From NCBI RefSeq assembly GCF_030144855.1, contig NC_082712.1:11718001-11782000 (forward strand): a DNA stretch of 64,000 bases, given 5' to 3'. The first letter of the stretch is position 1. Each line of letters opens with the position of its first letter. Source of the DNA: Hypanus sabinus. Lineage: Eukaryota. The position numbers and the translations under genes were made by a program. The notes below the pieces were generated by a model. The model saw nothing but the letters and a program-made list of their open reading frames with translations. It ran no database searches and had not been told where the DNA came from. This document shows positions 62,901 to 64,000 of the stretch, piece after piece.

Positions 62901-64000
62901 AATATTCATTTCCCAGCCCTGGTCCTCTTGCAGCCGTGTCTCTGTTATTCCTACAACATCATACTTGCCAATTTCCAACAGAGCCTCAAGCTCATCCACT
63001 TTATTTCTTATACTTCGTGATTCATATATAATACTTTTAATCCATTACTACTCTTGCTTCTCACATCAATCCCTACTGCACTTGGCCATACACTCCGATC
63101 CCTTCCTGAGCTTTCTGCTGCGTTAATTCTGTTGTCTTTCTTAACCTTTCTTATTCTCTCTCTCCCTTTAACTCCATCCTTGTATTTCCAGTTTGTCTCC
63201 TCCCCCCCACTTATTAGTTTAAACACACCCGTGTAGCAGTGGCAAACCTGCCTGCCAGAATGCTGGTCCCCCGCCTGTTAAGGTGCAACCCGTCCCTTTT
63301 GTACAATTCATCCCTACCCCAAAACAGATCCCAGTGGTCCAAGAATATAAATCCTTGCTTGCCGCACCAGCTCCTCAGCCACACATTGAGATCCCATATC
63401 TCCCTGTTCCTGCCCTCACCAGCACAAGGAACTGGAAGCAAACCAGAGATAACCACCTTGGAGGTTCTGCTTTTCAGCCTTCTTCTGACTTCTCCGAAGT
63501 CACGCTGCAGAATTTCTTTCCTCTTCTTCCCGATGTCATTTGTGCCGACATGCACTACCACTTCCGGCTGTTCACCTTCACCCTTGAGGATTCCCTGCAA
63601 TCGGTCCGTGATTTCCTGGATCCTGGCTCCAGGGAGGCAACACATCATCCTTAACTCCCGCCTGTTGCCGCAGAAACCCCTTTTGGTACCTCTCACCCTG
63701 GAGTCCTCTACTACCACGGCTCTGCCTGTCATCTGTCTCTTCGGCTTGGCTTCAGTTTTTGACTTGCAGACCTGTCCACCTCTAAGACTAGCAGCGTCTT
63801 CTGTCTCGACAGCTTCCACGAGAGTGAACCTTTTTTCAGGAACCACATCCCCCGGGGTCTCCTGTACTCTAAGAATCCATCCCTTCCTCATTGTCAACCC
63901 CCCTCTATCTTCTGGTATCTTTGGCGTCACACTCTCACTGTAGGTCCTGTCCAGAAAACTCTCATTTTCCCAGGTGAACCTGAGGTCATCCAGTTGCCCC
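59915..64000 (-). mobile_element. Long CR1 LINE (ORF1 esterase 63214-63930; ORF2 broken), 5' end beyond the window
   Basis: VHVGTND esterase, GVIYRPP, KSPGPD and ISKFADG motifs. The (ctattg)n tail is at 59915-59935. Confidence 0.92.
60270..60516. mobile_element. Palindromic short element inserted in the CR1 3' region
   Basis: ~90-bp arms (about 60328-60417 and 60425-60516) are reverse complements with few mismatches. CR1 sequence resumes across it (ccaatc|ccttaataatc). Confidence 0.8.

Noticed and set aside
1-64000. CRISPR arrays, rRNA, tRNA genes or prokaryotic operons
   Set aside because: None seen. Tandem repeats lack unique spacers, and tRNA-like sequence occurs only as PBS or SINE heads.

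Overview
Eukaryotic vertebrate DNA made up mostly of retroelements. The repeat set (CR1 with an esterase-type ORF1, Rex1/Babar, V-SINE, Penelope-like ends, L1, Gypsy/Gmr1) points to a cartilaginous fish, probably a ray (inference). 1-29 kb is transposon-derived and includes a deeply nested stack: old LTR-like element > Gmr1-like LTR element (8752-27993) > full-length L1 (11107-24083) > PNMA-gag Gypsy (16567-24063) > CR1 fragment. Three of these insertions have readable target-site duplications. 30.7-53.3 kb hides a minus-strand host gene that the ORF track mostly misses because its exons are tiny. It has an Ig V-set exon resembling Siglec-15, an uncharged transmembrane exon, two linker exons and six phase-1 exons each carrying one YxxI/V motif (PLYDEI, LLYDNI, SVYDSV, FTYASI, CTYATI, VIYAEV-stop). 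The tail was built by repeated exon duplication, including a ~4.1 kb tandem duplication whose intron is almost identical between copies while the tyrosine exon has diverged. No leader exon was found. A duplicated intronic block suggests a second V exon or paralog lies just beyond position 64000. All exon calls and identity values were made by eye and need transcript evidence.
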